Below are positions 16,523-18,818 of a stretch of DNA of 18,818 bases, one piece after another (position 1 is the first letter of the stretch; the number at the start of each line of letters is the position of its first letter). The translations under genes were made by a program, and so were the position numbers. Where the stretch lies: positions 1 to 18,818 of the forward strand of contig JACRKZ010000056.1 of NCBI GenBank assembly GCA_016235455.1. The letters are read 5' to 3'. The notes beneath the pieces are model-generated. The model was not told the origin of the DNA. It ran no database searches and saw only the letters and a program-made list of their open reading frames with translations. This stretch comes from Armatimonadota bacterium (GTDB lineage: Bacteria > Armatimonadota > UBA10988).

Positions 16523-18818
16523 TCAGGCCAGCAGACGGCGCACCAGCGCAGCCATGGCGGCGCCGGTGACCGGCTTGGGCAGCAGCGCATCGAAGCCCAT
16601 GGCGGTGGCGGCCTCGTGGTCGACCGCTCCCGGATAGCCGGTGACCAGCACCGCCGGCGCTTTCAGCCCACACGAGCGCAGCCGGTCGAGCAGTTCAGGG
16701 CCGATCATCTCCGGCATCATGAAGTCGCACAGCACCAGGTCAATCGCGTCGCCCTCGCGCTGCACGACGAACATGGCCTCGTGCGGTGAGGTGCAGCCGA
16801 TCGTCTCGAAGCCGAGGCGTTCCAGCACGCGCTGGAAGATGCGCACCAGCGTCAGCTCATCGTCGATGATCAGCACCATGCCGTGCGCGCGCAGGGCCGG
16901 CGCGACGACCTCGGTCGTCGCATCCACATCGACATCACTCAAGCGCGGCAGGTAGATGCTGAACGTCGTGCCGCTACCGGGCGTGCTGTCCACGGCGATG
17001 ACGCCGCCATGCGACAGCACGATGCCGTGAACCACCGCCAGGCCCATGCCCGTGCCCTGCCCCACCGGCTTGGTGGTGAAGAACGGCTCGAAGATACGGG
17101 CCAGGTTGGCGGGGTCGATGCCCGGCCCATCATCCTGAACGGTCAACCGCAGGTACTCGCCCGGCTCCATGCCGCGGCGCAGGGCGTGCGCCTGCTGCTC
17201 ATCGAGGCAGACCCGGCTCAAGCCGATGCGCAGGTTGCCGCCGCCATCGCCCAGCGCCTGATAGCCGTTGGTGGCCAGGTTCATGGCCACCTGGTGCAAC
17301 TGAGAGGCGTCGGCCAGGACCAGGCCGACGTGGCGATCGATCTCCTCAATCACTCTGACCGTGGGGGGGATGGTGGCGCGGAGCAGGCGCACCACCTCAC
17401 GCACCACCAGCGACCACTCCACCGGCTCGCGCTGCTGCTCGCCGCGACGCGCAAAGGTGAGGATCTGGCGGGTCAGGCCCGCGGCCCGCTGCGCCGAATC
17501 CATGATGAGCTGCAGGCTGTCGGCGGCAGGCACCTCGGCTGGCACGTCGCACAGCGCCAGCTCCGCATGGCCGATGATCGCCGACAGGACGTTGTTGAAG
17601 TCGTGGGCGATGCCGCCGGCCAGAGTGCCGATGGCTTCGAGCTTGACCGCCTCGCGCAGTTGCGCCTCCAAGTGGGCCTGCTCGGTCATGTCGTGCAGCA
17701 CCAGTGCGAACTCGGCGCCGACGGAGGCGCCTTCGGTGAGCGGCGCCAAAGTGACATCGAGTTCGCGCCTGAGCGCGCCGCGGGCCACGCTCAAGCGACC
17801 GCGATAGCCCCGGCCGGCCAGCAGTGCCTCCACCAACCGTTCGAGCTGGTAGGCGCTGGCGCAGGCCGGGCCCAAGTCTCGCAAATTGCGGTGTTGGCCC
17901 GCGTCGAGGCCGACGAGGTCGGCGAAGGCGGCGTTGGCGTGCGCCACCGTGCCATCGGCGCGTAGCAGCGCCACGCCCTCGTCGACGGCGCGAACGGCAG
18001 CGGCGAGCTGGCGGATCTCCTGTTCCGCGCGCTTGCGGTCGGTCACGTCCCGAGCGATGCCCTGGGTGCCCACGAAGGCCTCATCCGTGACCTGATCACC
18101 CACGTACTGGCCCTCGGCCGACACCAGAATCACCGGCAGATCGTCGAGCACCTGTGAATGCAGCTCGAAGTGCCGCGTGGCGCTCCCCTTGGGCACCAGT
18201 CGCAGTTCGTGCATGCGCGTGGCGCGCTCGCCGGTGCGGCGCTCGGCCATGCGATAGCGGGCCTCCTCGCGGTCGTCGGGATGGATGATATCGAGCACAG
18301 ACCGGCCGAGCAGTTCCTCTTCGGTGTAGCCGTAGCGGCTGATGGCGTGGCTGATGAACGTGATGCGCCCCATGGGGTCGAGGCGGTAGATGATGTCGGG
18401 CACGGCGCGCACGATGGCGTCGAGGTTGGCTTCGGAGCGGTGCAGGGCGATGCGGGTCTGCTGCAACTCGCACAGTTGGCGGCGCTCGCGGATGGCACGC
18501 TCCGCCACGTGCGGCATGTCGAGCAGCGATTCAGACGACTTGACCACGTAATCGGCGGCGCCCGCGCGCATGACCTCCACCGCCACGCGCTCGCTGCCGT
18601 GGCTGGTCATCACCACCACCGGCACCGCACTGCCGCCGGCCACCTGCTCCAGCAGGGCCAGGGCATCGCCGTCGGGCAGCAGCCAGTCGCTGATGAGCAA
18701 GTCCCACTCGCCGACGGCGAGGGCCGCGCGCGCCGCCGCGATGGAGTCCACCTCGACGACCTCGGCGTCGAGGTGGCTCTCCTTGAACGCCTCGAGCACG
18801 AGCTCGGTGTGCGCGGCC
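16523..18818 (-). CDS. Cytoplasmic hybrid sensor histidine kinase (REC-PAS-PAS-HisKA-HATPase-REC), N-terminus beyond window end
   Basis: N-terminal receiver ([20 protein letters not shown]), PAS ([17 protein letters not shown]), H-box [11 protein letters not shown] box [29 protein letters not shown], and C-terminal receiver (IIDDE, DFMMPEM, LPKP). The frame stays open to the window end ([11 protein letters not shown]). Confidence 0.95.
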   Translation of the reverse strand, partial: AAHTELVLEAFKESHLDAEVVEVDSIAAARAALAVGEWDLLISDWLLPDGDALALLEQVAGGSAVPVVVMTSHGSERVAVEVMRAGAADYVVKSSESLLDMPHVAERAIRERRQLCELQQTRIALHRSEANLDAIVRAVPDIIYRLDPMGRITFISHAISRYGYTEEELLGRSVLDIIHPDDREEARYRMAERRTGERATRMHELRLVPKGSATRHFELHSQVLDDLPVILVSAEGQYVGDQVTDEAFVGTQGIARDVTDRKRAEQEIRQLAAAVRAVDEGVALLRADGTVAHANAAFADLVGLDAGQHRNLRDLGPACASAYQLERLVEALLAGRGYRGRLSVARGALRRELDVTLAPLTEGASVGAEFALVLHDMTEQAHLEAQLREAVKLEAIGTLAGGIAHDFNNVLSAIIGHAELALCDVPAEVPAADSLQLIMDSAQRAAGLTRQILTFARRGEQQREPVEWSLVVREVVRLLRATIPPTVRVIEEIDRHVGLVLADASQLHQVAMNLATNGYQALGDGGGNLRIGLSRVCLDEQQAHALRRGMEPGEYLRLTVQDDGPGIDPANLARIFEPFFTTKPVGQGTGMGLAVVHGIVLSHGGVIAVDSTPGSGTTFSIYLPRLSDVDVDATTEVVAPALRAHGMVLIIDDELTLVRIFQRVLERLGFETIGCTSPHEAMFVVQREGDAIDLVLCDFMMPEMIGPELLDRLRSCGLKAPAVLVTGYPGAVDHEAATAMGFDALLPKPVTGAAMAALVRRLLA

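Noticed and set aside
13842-16673. 943-aa minus-strand ORF opposite leuS
   Set aside because: Antisense shadow of a strongly GC3-biased gene, with no recognisable motifs.
17363-17369. G7 homopolymer in the histidine kinase as a phase-variation tract
   Set aside because: It is short, in frame (Ile-Pro-Pro) and unremarkable at this GC content.

Overview
High-GC bacterial chromosomal window; the gene mix suggests a Terrabacteria lineage such as Armatimonadota, which is inference only. Bases 1-12210 are a near-gapless minus-strand run. In transcription order it holds: an exported repeat protein, a DUF3160-like gene (frameshifted), a CapA-family metallophosphoesterase, then a predicted promoter and a compact bacterial microcompartment (BMC) module (Gfo/Idh/MocA oxidoreductase, class II aldolase, two BMC-H shell proteins, PduL, flavoprotein-like protein). 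The module runs directly into cell-envelope genes: UbiA-type decaprenyl-phosphate phosphoribosyltransferase, GT2 polyprenol-phosphate glycosyltransferase, a PASTA-domain pseudokinase (frameshifted), an ECF sigma factor and a partial anti-sigma factor. The plus strand carries a vapBC-type toxin-antitoxin pair, a presenilin/SPP-like GxGD membrane protease and leuS. A convergent hybrid histidine kinase is cut by the window end. The most interesting items are the minimal aldolase/oxidoreductase BMC locus with three encapsulation-peptide-like helices, the PASTA pseudokinase coupled to an ECF sigma factor, the bacterial presenilin-like protease, and two deletion-type frameshifts that may be assembly artefacts.
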